A stretch of DNA of 63,146 nucleotides, counting the filler, from Chiloscyllium plagiosum (Eukaryota): the NCBI RefSeq assembly GCF_004010195.1. It is 4 parts of one record of this genome, joined end to end, with 100 filler letters (N's around TTAATTAATTAA, not from the genome) between each part and the next. Parts side by side here need not be neighbours in the genome. Positions count along the whole stretch, not along the records: positions 1 to 30,116 come from NC_057716.1; 3 more parts are not named here. One strand, given 5' to 3'. This document shows positions 14,370-26,800 of this stretch, piece by piece. The notes below the pieces were generated by a model that did no database searches, had not been told where the DNA came from, and saw nothing but the letters and a program-made list of their open reading frames with translations. The position numbers were made by a program, and so were the translations under genes. Every line of letters starts with the position of its first letter. Position 1 is the first letter of the stretch.

Positions 14370-14770
14370 GAGAATCTTTTCTTCTTTAAAGAAAACAAGT
14401 ACAGTCTATCCACTCTGGGAGGATATGTGATTGATGTGTCCAAGATCATGAGGGGCCCAAACAAAGAATATAAGGGGAAACTGGTTCCAATAGTGGAAGA
14501 TTTGAGTACCAATGGTAAACTGTTTAAACTAATTTGTAATCGAAGTGCCTATGATTTGAGGACTGAAAATTATTCATTGCGTGGTTCAATTCTGGAATAC
14601 AGTGGAGGCAGTTTCAAGTGTTGCTTTTGAAAAAGAACTAGATGAGTACCAGAAGAGAAAAAGATTGAAGGGTCTGGGGGAAAAGACAGAGAAGTGGGAC
14701 TAGCCAAGTTGCTTTTGCAGACAGTCATTATGAACATGAGTAACTGAATGGCCTCTTTCAGTTCTATGAC
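14370..14770 (+). mobile_element. Old CR1 3' fragment
   Basis: GYVIDVSKIMRG corresponds to RGDLIEVYKIMRG; tail ctgaatggcctctt...ttctatga. Confidence 0.6.
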
Positions 14771-15835
14771 CAATCGACGTAGTTGTTACTATTTTTATTC
14801 CTGCAACTAAATTCCTCCTGAAACAGTTCTCAAAGATCTTTCTTGTACATCTGTATTGGCTTCACAACTTTGCCAAAGTGTAGTGACCAGAACTGACTAT
14901 TGATCTGAATCTTAGCAGAAAATGGCTTGGTGTCATTTTTGGCAATTTTCTTGAAAGGCTTCTCACTACAAGGCCCAGAAGTTTCTCATGCTATTGTCCC
15001 AGACTCACCTTGTTACCTATGCATCATGTCCCTATATTCTGTCCCACTCATCAAATTCTCCATCTACTGAAGATAGAGGTTCATGACATGGTGCAATGAT
15101 TAAAGCCCAGCAGTGCACCTGGTCTAGCTGAATAGTCCGGAATTGTTCTTCACTGTACACATTGTGGGAGAGCTACCATAAATCAACACTTCTCAGAGCA
15201 ATAACTGGCATAGCTGACACTTCATTACACATAAAAGAACACTGTCTCACATCTATCACTGTTTAGACTCAAGCCATGCTGCTTGAACGTCCTCAGCCAT
15301 ATCCCATTTACAATCCTGTCTAAGTCACTGCCACTTTCTCCCCAGTGCCTAGTGTAGCCCATTAACATATTGCTGTTCAATGCAAGGCTATCATATACCG
15401 GAAAGCTTTCAAATGTTTCAAAACATTCACTTTTAATCAACAACAGCAGAAGTAATGACTAAATGGAAGTTTGAGAATAGAAATGGATTGCTTGCCATTT
15501 GAGAAACAACAAATTTACCATCAATGAATAATCATTACACAAAGCTCACATCTATTTGAATTGCATGTCAGTCAAGTCCATTCTGGCTTGTTGCACACAA
15601 TGCTGCAGCTGTCTCTCATGCTGAAGGTGATATTCTTTCTACCAACCCCATCTTCCTCCTCAAAAAGCCGCTGCCGCTTTCCCTTCAGCAAATCTCACAT
15701 CTCCTCTTTGAATGCAAGTGAATGGTACGCCCTCGGTGCTGGTGCATGTGGGGGGAAAGGAATGAGACGTTGTGAGGAGTGAGGAAGCAGTGTAAAGGGC
15801 ATGCAGGGTTAGTGGCCTGGGAGGAGAGATGTTAG

Positions 15836-16049
15836 GTAACAACAATGACTGCAGATGCTAGAAACCAGATTCTGGATTAGAGTGGTGCTGGAAAAGCACA
15901 GCAGTTCAGGCAGCATCTGAGGAGCAGGAAAATCGACATTTCGAGCAAAAGCCCTTCATCAGGATGAAGGGCTTTTGCCCGAAATGTCGATTTTCCTGCT
16001 CCTCAGATGCTGCCTGAACTGCTGTGCTTTTCCAGCACCACTCTAATCC
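15836..16049. mobile_element. Palindromic Penelope-derived mini-element with hammerhead motifs and 14-bp TSD
   Basis: TSD aggagagatgttag at 15822-15835 and 16050-16063; ~90-bp inverted arms centred at ~15961. Confidence 0.8.
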
Positions 16050-16173
16050 AGGAGAGATGTTAGTAAGTGTGAGTGAGGAAAGGTGTTTCACACTGCAGAG
16101 GCAACATCAGAGATTAAGCCTTGGCAAAAGGTGAGTGAGGTGGCAGGCATAGACTGAGTGTGTGGTAACAGAG

Positions 16174-16396
16174 CTGAAAATGTGTTGCTGGAAAAGCGCA
16201 GCAGGTCAGGCAGCATCCAGGGAACAGGAGAATCGACATTTCGGGCATAAGCCCTTCTTCAGGAATGATTCCTGAAGAAGGGCTTATGCCCGAAACATCG
16301 ATTCTCCTGTTCCCTGGATGCTGCCTGACCTGCTGCGCTTTTCCAGCAACACATTTTCAGCTCTGATCTCCAGCATCTGCAGACCTCACTTTCTCC
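16174..16396. mobile_element. Palindromic Penelope-derived mini-element with two opposed hammerhead motifs and ~15-bp TSD
   Basis: TSD tgtgtggtaacagag at 16159-16173 and 16397-16411; near-perfect ~95-bp arms centred at ~16267. Confidence 0.85.
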
Positions 16397-17276
16397 TGTG
16401 TGGTAACAGAGTGTGACAATAGCAGAGAAGGCTATTTACCTTATTTGGCAGTGGTACCCAGTCCTCTGCACCCTGGATATGGCAATGACCTGGGTCGAGG
16501 TTTCTGAGCAGACTGGCATCACCTAGCAGCATGCCCCCCACTGCCAGTTCTTCAGGAAAAGAACTTCTCCTACCATCCCTCAATCAGAATCTTCAAGTCT
16601 CTGCCAGAGAAACGTGGTGCCAATTCTCCTCAGTCACCAGTCCTCACAGCCTCTGAAACCAAATAGGGCAGTTTCCAGATCTAGCATTTTCCAGGTAAGC
16701 AGTAACCTCTCGAAGATGACACGGACACTAGGGTTACTGGTCCTCAGGTGGATATCTGCTGAGTGGTGTGTTGTTTCTGGAATGACATGTGGTGAGGTGG
16801 TGTTGGAATTGAACCTTATGTATGCTGTAGGCACAGGAATAACACAAAACAGTGAGAAAACCCATTCAGCTTCATGGCAAGAATTGTGCCAACAAACTTG
16901 ATGTGACTTGCATTTAGCCAAAAAGTGTAAGATTCAGTCTGTGGAATCACAAAAGATGTGCATCTTGCTCTGACCAAGCAGTCACCACAAGAATGATACT
17001 CCCCAGGGAAGGAACAACCCTGGGATGAGCAGATTCCAGACAAACTGACAAAATCCAAATGCATGTCATTAAATGATCTGAACACTTTAGCAATAACGAA
17101 TAAAATGCTTGTGCAGAGACTAATGAAAGTGGGACAAATGAGAACTAATGCATAGTTTTGTTCATGAATAATTGGGTAACACATGATAGTGCATGCAATT
17201 TTGTTTTGTGAAAAGAAGGATGTTTGGGGAAATGAGTTTATACGTTGCACATCAGCAAGTGACCTTGCTTTCACTT

Positions 17277-17395
17277 TAGTCCTGAAGAAGGATTACACCA
17301 GAAATGTCAACTTCTCTACCTTCTGATGTTGCCTGGCTTGTTGTATTCTTCCAGCCTCCTGCCTGTCTATTTTGGGTTCCAGCATCTGTAGGTTT
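17277..17395 (+). mobile_element. Penelope-type terminal fragment with decayed hammerhead
   Basis: cCTGAAGAaggattacaccaGAAAtgtc followed by the shared gcctggcttgttgtattcttccagc tail. Confidence 0.55.
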
Positions 17396-17499
17396 TTTTC
17401 TCACTTCACTTTTGTCTCTGGCAGGAACTAAATACATTGCTGGGAATATTTGTGGCTGTTGTCAGAGGAGGACCACTTCATTTCTAATTCCCACCATGA

Positions 17500-18405
17500 C
17501 ATCGACCACCTCAACCTGTCCACCTCTCTAACCCACTCCAACTTCCTGCCCTGACAATACACAGCCCTCCACTCCCAATGCTCCAACTCCAACCTCACTA
17601 TCAAACCCGCAGACAAGGGGTAGGGGGGATGTGCAGTAGTAGTTTGACTCTACACCACTGAAGCCAGGCTCCAACTCGCAGACACCTCCTCCTACTGCCC
17701 CCAGCCATGACCTTATCCACAACCTTATCATCTCTGGGTATCTCCCATCCACAACCTCCAACATCATCTGTGAACCCCGCACCGCCCAATTCTGCCTCCT
17801 CTCAAAGATTCACAAACCTGACTTCCCAGTTGACCCATTGTCTCAGCCTGCTCCTGTTCCACTGAACTCATCTCTGCTGCCCACTTGCGGATCATTTCAG
17901 AGAACATCTCTGGGACACCTGCACCAACCAATCTCACCCCGTGGCCAGTGGCTGAATGCTTCAACTCCCCCTCCCACTGCGCCAAGGACATGCAGGTCCT
18001 GGGCCTCCTCCAACGCCAAACCCCGACCACCCGACGCCTGGAGGAAGAACGCCTCATATTCCACATTGGGACCCTGCAGCCACATGGGATCAATGTGGGT
18101 TTCACTAATTTCCTCATTTTCCCTCTCCCCATATTATCCCAATTCCAAGCCTCCAACTCAGCACTGCCCTCCTGACCATCCATTACCTTTCCCATCTATC
18201 TGCTCCACCCTCCTCTCCAAACTATCACGTTCTTCCTCACCTCTATCTACCTATTGCATTCTCAGCTATCTTCCCCCCAACTCCACCCACCTCCCATTTA
18301 TCTCTCAGCCCTGACCGACAAGCCATATTCCTGATGAAGGGCCTATGCCCAAAACGTCGATTGTCCTGCTCCTCAGATGCTTTTCCAGCACCACACTTTT
18401 GACTC
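17500..18405 (+). mobile_element. Penelope-like retroelement, internally deleted (RT fragment, GIY-YIG C-terminus, terminal repeat)
   Basis: F.LLSKIHKPD.P..PIVS-like RT piece and PVAECFNSPSH...RRLEEERLIFHIGTLQPHGINV; hammerhead motif with GAAA>AAAA at 18331-18358. Confidence 0.85.
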
Positions 18406-21400
18406 TGTTATCAGAAGAGCAGGATTGTGGTGGACCCAGGAGAAAGGTAAGAAATTTGTGAGGCAGTATATTTCTGGAGCTGTGAAGATAGGGAGTAGGG
18501 CAAGGACAGGACATAAGGGCAAGCCAATTGTTCACAATGTTCACACCTCTGTCCTATGTTTAGTCTCTAAATCAGGCATTTATCTCCTTTTACTGAGGGA
18601 ACCTTCACATGTTGTGCTGTGAAGTAGGTCACATAGTAACAGGTTCATTTGCAGCTGGATTAATCCCAGTTGTGGCAGGCTGTCGCCCTCTAGGTTTCCT
18701 TAAGTGATCAGTTTAGGGCCTCATTGGCAGAAGAGTGTTGAAGTGCAAACATGGGCATTTCTTCCCCAGATCTAGTTCTGGTGGGGACAAGAAAATGGCA
18801 GAATTTGGATGTGCTATCACTCCACTTGATTTGCTGCCAATCTCACCTCTAATGGAAGCAGAATATGCTGGCTATGAAGAATACGATTCTTACAAATATT
18901 ATGAGACACTGGAATATATATTTTCAGGTCATTATCTGGGGGATGCAAGAGCAAAAAGGATACTGGAGAACTGGAAAACACATTACCCAATCATTCATGT
19001 GTAAAACTATGTGTTAGTTCTTACTTGTCCCACTTTCATCAGTCCTTGCACATACATTTCATCCATTATCACAAAAGTGATTTGATCTTTTCATGCATGT
19101 GAGTTGTTGGTGGTTTGTCTAGAATCTGCTTATTCCTGGATTGAAAATGGTATGGCACTATTGATCAAAAGGCCTTTTAGATTAATCTAATGAAACCTCC
19201 CTGAAACTTACCATAACTTTTTTATCAATCTAACATAATATTTTAATGAAGCACCAGCAGTAAGAAATATTTACATATGGGATGAGCGCAGTATAGGTTA
19301 CATTGCAAACAAGAGTAAAGTGAGTGTCAAAACTGAATTTTTCACATACAAGAAGTGGGAAAGGGGAGCCTTTACAGATATTGGGAGGCCATACACAAAA
19401 AAAAAGCTACTTTTTTTTTCCAAGGTATGGAAAGAATGCAAAGAGGATGACTAAGACAAAGAATCATAAAGTTTTTTTTATGTTCAACATAAAAGCAAAT
19501 ATTAGGAGTTTCATTATCAAAACTTTATTTTGCTCAAATGAGAGCAGAGGTGTTGAAAAGTTGAAGCAGTATGCATGCAGATGTTAACATACAGCCTACA
19601 GTGGACAACTTCAGTGAATAAATGCAACGTTTCAGATGTTGCCTGACCATACAAGGGTCGCCAAATTGTATAGGTATTTTATGTACTCCAGTTTAGCCAC
19701 TACCAATGTCTGGTTGTGGTTGTTTGCTGGATAAAGTCCTTGGGACATGGAGGTTTCACCCATTCCTGCAAGAGCAATCTCAGCTTTCTCCTTTGAGGGT
19801 CAGGATTCTCTCCTTGTAGGGGCTGAGGAGTTGAATGCTGGCCACTGCTTCACCGGTGCGGGTTCTTTATGCCCTAATTTGCGTCGTCTCCTCCAGGAAT
19901 GAGGGAAAGGGATGGATTGAGTGAGATGCAATTGGGTGGTATGGCTGCTGGTGTTAGTGTAGACAGTCAAAAGGTGGTGAGATATCCTGGAAGAATGAAT
20001 AAGTAACGTCGAGGCCATGCAGGGTTCCTGGTATGGGAGGTTAGAGGGAACAAGAGAGAATCAGGGAAGATTTTAAATGCAATAGTGAGAGTGATATAAG
20101 TCTCAGTGGAAGGTGGGAGCAGTAGCAGAGACAGAGTGTGAAGTAGGAGAGAGTGGATTGTGGTTTGGTGGAGGGAAAAGAGACTCAGGCTTCTTATGCA
20201 CTGCTGGCGTTTCATCCTCAGCGGAGATGGCACTGATATGGATGCCATCCTCAGACCAGGGTCAGGTGGCATGTCCTCCTCTGCCAGTCATTCACAAAGA
20301 GGACTCCTCTTCTTTGCACCATCCCCTGAACCAGAGTCTCCAGGCCCCCATTGGAGAATTGTGACACTGTCTTCCCCTTCTCTGACATATTCAGGCTCTG
20401 TTCTTTTTTTTGAGATGAATTTGGTTTCGATTTTGAAAGAGCTCCACAGCAGCCGGTATCCCATCACCAAGTCACCCATTTATTTCTACTTGCCTGGTAC
20501 TTGACACTGCTCCAGATTCCTCAGAGCCAGCTCTCAGAGTGAACAGAACCTTTGACACTCTTGCTTATTTTATTTTCAGAACTCCTGACACCCCTATTTT
20601 TAACAGGATTTCTGACAATCCTGTTCTTTTCCTTTTAAACCCCCCACACTACCGCCCAACTGCAGTAGTGCTTCTTTTTCCCCATGTTGTGTGTATTGCA
20701 GGTGTGAGACACAGTGAAAGACACAAGGTCTACAAATTTTATTCAATTTCCACCACCAGGAAGAAAGGAAACACCCAAGTGACCAGTGACAAGCAGTGCC
20801 TTTCACATCAAAGAGCAATGCAACAGGTTCTGTTCTTGACTGAGCAGGGCAGTTTTGGAATGCCAGTGCTCATTCAATGTTGCTTTGATTTTTTTTGTCT
20901 TAAAGGTTTTTGAATTTTCTAATATAGCAATAACATATCTCTACACAGATTATTTGTATTTTTCTTATAACTGCAAAAATATAACAGAAGTTTCCTGCTT
21001 TGCCCAGGTAAAATAAATCATAATTGTCCTTTTCCACAACTTTCTCAACTTCCTTTTACTATTCAGCTACTGCAACAAACTTATTGTATGAATAGCTCTT
21101 AAAGACAGAAAGTCTTTAAGACTCTAAGTGTCCCATTCTGCTATTGTGTCCAGTTGTATTGTTTGTTCCTGGATCCATTGTAGTTCTGACTGTTGAGACT
21201 TTTTGCGATATTAAGCAACAATGTCCATCACCACCATCATCATCACACTGCAAGCCAGTTACCAATTTATGGTCTGCTTTTACTATTCCCTTTCACTCAC
21301 TGGGTCAAAGATTGGTTAATTGGTTTTCAGTGGGACAGGAAAACCATTAGTGGGTCTTAATAAGAGATTATTGCCTTAAATAAGATTTACTTCATGGCAT

Positions 21401-22847
21401 GATGGCAACCAGACACATGTTACATTAGTAAATAATACTCATTTACTAAAGATAATAATAATAATTATTATTAAGAATATTGGATATAGCATTCACTACA
21501 CATGATCCCAAAATGTTCTACCTTTCCCCCATCCAAGGCCTTATCACATCATCAACTCAGGTGGAACTTAAGGCAGTCTCCAACATTAACTCTTTCAGAA
21601 CCATGACCTTACAAAACAAAGTATAATTTTGCAAGTGCTGTAAGATCATGTGAGGACAGATAATTACGTTTCACATATTTACATACAAAAACAGAAATAG
21701 CTGGAGAGACTCAGCAGGTCTTATAGTATCTGTGGAAAGGAAGCACAGTTAACTTTTGAGTCCAGTGACCCTTCTGCAGGGTCACAAGACATAGTACCCA
21801 GAATACTTCAGTTATCCACACTTTAAATTTCATTGTAACCTGTAAAGGATATAATCAGATCCTTATATATTCAGCACACATGAACCTGCAATCAATGCAA
21901 AACAATCAAACTTAGATGTAAACTAAATCTTCCAAAACTTGTCTGATTGTTCAATTGCAATACACAACTTCTTTACTTACTATCATTTAATTACTATACA
22001 TTGTTACAGTGTGACCTCAGTCAACTGTCTTTCAAATAGCAAACCTGATTATATGGAGATGAAGCCATCACAGATCATTTCATGCAAAGCAAAAAACTCC
22101 ATCTATTTGAGAATTACATCAAATTAAATTATATGAATTATAAATAAAACTATTGATTCTTTATGCTGCACCAATTCCTGTTAACAAGCTGCTATTTGTA
22201 ACACATTATGTATTGCAAAAGTATAAAGGTAGTCACTGTTGAATAACATGTTTTCTTAAATGAGTCATAGTGTCATAGAGTCGTACAGCACGGAAACAGA
22301 CCCTTCGGTCCAACCAGTCCATCTTGAACATAATCTCAAACTAAAATGTTCCTGGCCCATATCCATCCATCCTTGATAAATTATCGTATTAATCATTAAA
22401 TCAATTCAACTTATATAATAAGTTTTTTATACTTTAACCTATTAATGTTAAGCATCAATACCATCAGCATCAAGTTTTCTCTCATAGTTTTCCTCAAATA
22501 ATCTATTTACAGTGTAAAACTATGGTTAAATCCAAATATTATGATATGTAATTTCTTCTCGGTGAGACCATAAAATGGGCTCTGGCACATTAAAGTCCAC
22601 TGAATTTAAAGTTGGGTATGGTGTAAAATAAGTTTCCCTCTTACTGTGTATCATTTTGTCCTGATGTTGAAGATCAACTTTCCTACTAATATATTTAAAG
22701 CGCAGCTACAGTGGACTGTACCAGTTCATACTTTTTGTGATCCATGCTGGAGGAATGCACTGTTGTTTTATTCTCACTAATGTACGGGTCAAAACAATAA
22801 ATGAAAATACTTTTTCCATTTGCCAAGAAGAACTGTGAAATACCTTA

Positions 22848-23076
22848 TAAGTTGTTCTGCTCTAACGCGACAGTTGTGTTCCAGTGCAACCCCGCACTAT
22901 ATAAAATCACACTATGGAAAACCACTATAGAAAATCACACTATACAAGATTGCTAATAGAAAATCACCATAGCCGTTTAGTAGAAAGTTTGCATTATCCT
23001 TACAATGTCCACAAATCATCATTCGTCATATCACCAATTTGTGCTGATGAAATGCGTGTTATAGCAGAACAACCTA
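22848..23076. mobile_element. Tc1/mariner (Tigger/pogo-like) MITE
   Basis: TIRs agttgttctgctctaacgcg and gtgttatagcagaacaacct, flanked by TA at 22846-47 and 23077-78; internal (aaaatcacactat)-like subrepeats. Confidence 0.7.
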
Positions 23077-26000
23077 TACAGTACTTATATCAGGCCTTAA
23101 ACAGTAAGATCTATCAACCTATGTTGATAAATTAGATCTGTGTCTTTTTAAAACCACAATTGATGGTTTATTATCAAAACAAAACTTTTCAGTAGGGGCC
23201 CAATGATTGATTAATATATTGTTGGTAACAAGAACTCCTGAAACACTCTCACTATCTCTCTTTCTAGGAAAAGCAGTGGGAGAAAGGATATTGGCTTTCT
23301 GGAAATAAAACTCTGCTAATGGATTATTCTTGAAAGCAAAAGAATAACGTATAGAATGTTTTGGAGTTGATTGTTATGACATTCTGGCATGCACGATAAT
23401 GACATTAATTATGAATGGTTGTCTCTGAAGACTTACAGGAACAGTTTGCTCAGGAATTATAATTTTGAGATGTCCTGCAAAGAACACTTTCAAAAGAACA
23501 AATAAGTTTCACCCTGTTCTTAACAGAGGCTTTTCTTTTCAGAAATGAGAGACATTAGCTGGTTAGCTTGTTCTTCACAAGCTTTGCACCAACTCAGCTT
23601 GTTCTTAAGAGGTGTTGCTCCAATTGAACTGTATAAAACAAGAACCTCTCCAAACCAATTGCCATTCTAAAACAGTCCCAGCAGGTGTCTATAGCAAAGC
23701 AAGCAATTATCACCAGTCATGTGGTTTATAGGAAGTGACAGTGATTTAAAGTCTCCAATGTCCAGAGTCTACTTTCAGTAATCTATTTTAAAGAAAGAAC
23801 TCAAGTTAGTTCTTCAAAACTTGAAAGAATCCATTTCCCACAATTCTTCAAAGCTTAAGTCCTTGAAGCAACATTAAATATGGACAGTCTTCAGAAGAAC
23901 ACTAAAGTAGCTGCTGATTAATGGAATCTTTACTAAACCAATCATAACCTAATGCATGCCATGCCAATTTGCATTGAGCCAACTGTTAGTTGAATGGACA
24001 TTGAAACATTGACACCAATCAACCTCTAATTAAAGTAAATTAAACCAATTTACTATATATAAACCAACAAATCATACCAGCTATGAATTAATGTATATTA
24101 AGCCAATTTGCCCCACAAGCAAATAATCCAAAATCATATTAATGTTTAATTGTTCTTTTGCTGAAAATGTTGCATTTATCAAAGTGATTGATATCTCCAG
24201 GGGAATAAAACACTTTGCGTTTTGGTGCCCACCATCAACCTCCGTTATTCCCAGGTCAGGTACTAAATACGTTAAGTTAAATTCCATCTATTCGGGTTCA
24301 GGGGTCTATAATGGTGTTTAAACCTTTTAAAGTGCTATTCTTCTTAATAAACTGACACACCCTAGGATGCTTCGCGTATTCACACTTTTTCTAATGTTCA
24401 TACATTTACAGCAGAAATAATGTGTTCATAAATCCACACACAAAGAGAAAAATACAACAGGCTGATCACCAACTATCAAAAATATTTTAAGTGGGCTGGG
24501 ACCATATTTTGGAAGTTACTCTATAGTGTGACCAAAATCCTGAACAGATAATTTAACTGCATCATTACAATTTTTGAAATCTTTTATCCTTACTGCTTCT
24601 GGGAGAGATGGATAATTTATATTAATTATAGATAATTGTGCATTGATACCTTTTTAGGATCTTAGTACAAACTGGACAATCTAATTCTAAGTGCAAATTT
24701 AATATCCAACAGGGAGAAAAATCCATAGATGGAAAGGATGAGGTTGTATTTGGCTAAATTACTGTGCTCGCCTGGCCTCTGAATGCTTTCTTCCTGGGTG
24801 GGTAGATACGTCGTGTGTTCAAAGCCAATTTTCATGTACATCTATTACCTGAAACTATTGGCTTTCAGTGGAGGGTGATGTGAAAGGGAGGGATATTTGC
24901 AAAGTTGTTTACTTTTCCAGGAGTACTAATGATGATCCTTAATAACTAATAGGAAACATGAAGGTAGCAGACAAAATATGTTTCTCTCCTGCTTATTCCT
25001 CACCAAACTGGTAACAGTTCTCTACTTCTCTTGAGCATTTTCACTAAATGATTTGTCTGATGAATGAAAAATCTCATTAGAAATGTGGATAGTGGTTCAA
25101 AGTGTTACTCACCGCTGAGATTGGTCTCCTCAACCACAGGGTATGAATTGAGCCAAAGTTTAATTGCTTAATTGATAATGGACAGATGTTTGTTCTGTTA
25201 ATCTCATTAATTCTTTTCCCAGTGCAAGACATTATCCATCCATTGACTAAGAATGGATTAAAAAAAACTAGCTCAATGTTTTATATGCAATAACATTAAT
25301 TTTGGTCCATTAAGCAACGTTTAAATAAATAAAACAAAAGATTATTGTGTTTTGCTATTGGTCTACTGTGAGATATTTTAGAAAGAAAATCTGAAGATGT
25401 ATATACAGAAAAATAATTTAAAAATAAATCGAGCGTCTGCTAAAGTCTTTATTTAAACGTTATACTGGTATTTGTAATGGAGACAAACACCAATTTTGCC
25501 CCATTAAGCAAATTGTTGCAATTTGTATTTTTTAAAGTACTCATTCTCTCTCAATAGTTTCATAGCAATTTTCATCAATGGATGTTACCATATGGAAACT
25601 AATGTTTTTAAATTTGTCCTTGTGAGCTGTACATGATGTCTGGGTTACCAAATATCCCATTTCACAATGGTGAACCTTTTGGAATGTATACAGTCTTGTG
25701 CAATGCCAACTGTCAATTTGGTATTGTTATATCAGAATAATCAGAAATTTTACAGGTCAAAGTAATAAATATATCTATTGACAATTAACTGTGGCAAAAG
25801 CATTAAACAATTTAAACCAAGTGTAAATAAAATGAGTACTGGTAGGCACCACTGGGGGCTGGGGTGCATCATCATCATCATCATCCCAGATAATCATACT
25901 TTTATGTGATTTTCATAAGTATCCATTCCAGTTTTGTGAGTTTTCATTGACCTTTTGGTTTGTCTTTGTTGCAGAGCTCCATCATCACATGGATTACAGG

Positions 26001-26579
26001 GCCTGTCAAACCTGATTAATGTTTTGTTTAAAAGTGTAGATACAGGGATTAGACCCTGTCATACTCATTTCAAATTATGCCTCAATCTTGTGGCAGAAAT
26101 TTACAAATAACAGACTATCAGACTTCATTCTGTTATATATCTTGTGGGCCTTATGCCAGGAGGCTCTGGGGGGCCTCTTCTGCTATGTAGCTAAGAAGAT
26201 TGGTGGAACATATGAATGGAGTTTTTGCCAAAGTGACACGTGTTGACTGTCTAACATTAACATTTTAGTTAGAGTTTCTCCTTTGAACCATACATTTAAA
26301 ACTTGACAAGTTCTAACAAAAGGCACAATTTCCAACAAAAGGATAACACATGGCCCTTTATCAATTATTAAATAATTTACATTAAATAATTCTTTCAAGA
26401 TCTTGAAGCTTCCACTTGGACATTGAATGTGCATGATTAGCACTTTTAGACTGCAGCTATGCCATACCAGCTAAGGTTGGGCTTTGGCCTAGATTGAAAG
26501 TAACCATAAATGAAACATGTTCAATGTTTGTTCACCAAAATTAATTAACTCTGTCTTTCTGGTAAGTACTTCCCTTAAT

Positions 26580-26800
26580 CATAGAATCCTTACAGCGTGG
26601 AAATGGCCATTCGGCCCATTGAGTCCACACTGATCCTCTGAAGAGCATCCCACCCTATTGCTGTAACCCTGCATTTCTCATGGCTAACTGGCCAAATGTG
26701 CACATTGCTGAACCTTATGGGAAATTTAGCTTGGCCAATCCACCCCTAACCTGTACTTTGGACTGTGAGAGGAAACTGGAGCACCTGGAAGAAACTCACA
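26580..26800 (-). mobile_element. HE1-type V-SINE, 5'-truncated
   Basis: gaggaaactggagcacctggaagaaactcac V-domain plus CR1-type tail. Confidence 0.75.

Noticed and set aside
15836..16396. Palindromes as pre-miRNA genes or CRISPR-like repeats
   Set aside because: Explained by TSD-flanked Penelope termini; no repeat-spacer periodicity, and the context is eukaryotic.
18735..19004. 89-aa Tyr/Glu-rich ORF
   Set aside because: No recognisable domain or convincing splice structure; antisense within an intron; length expected by chance.
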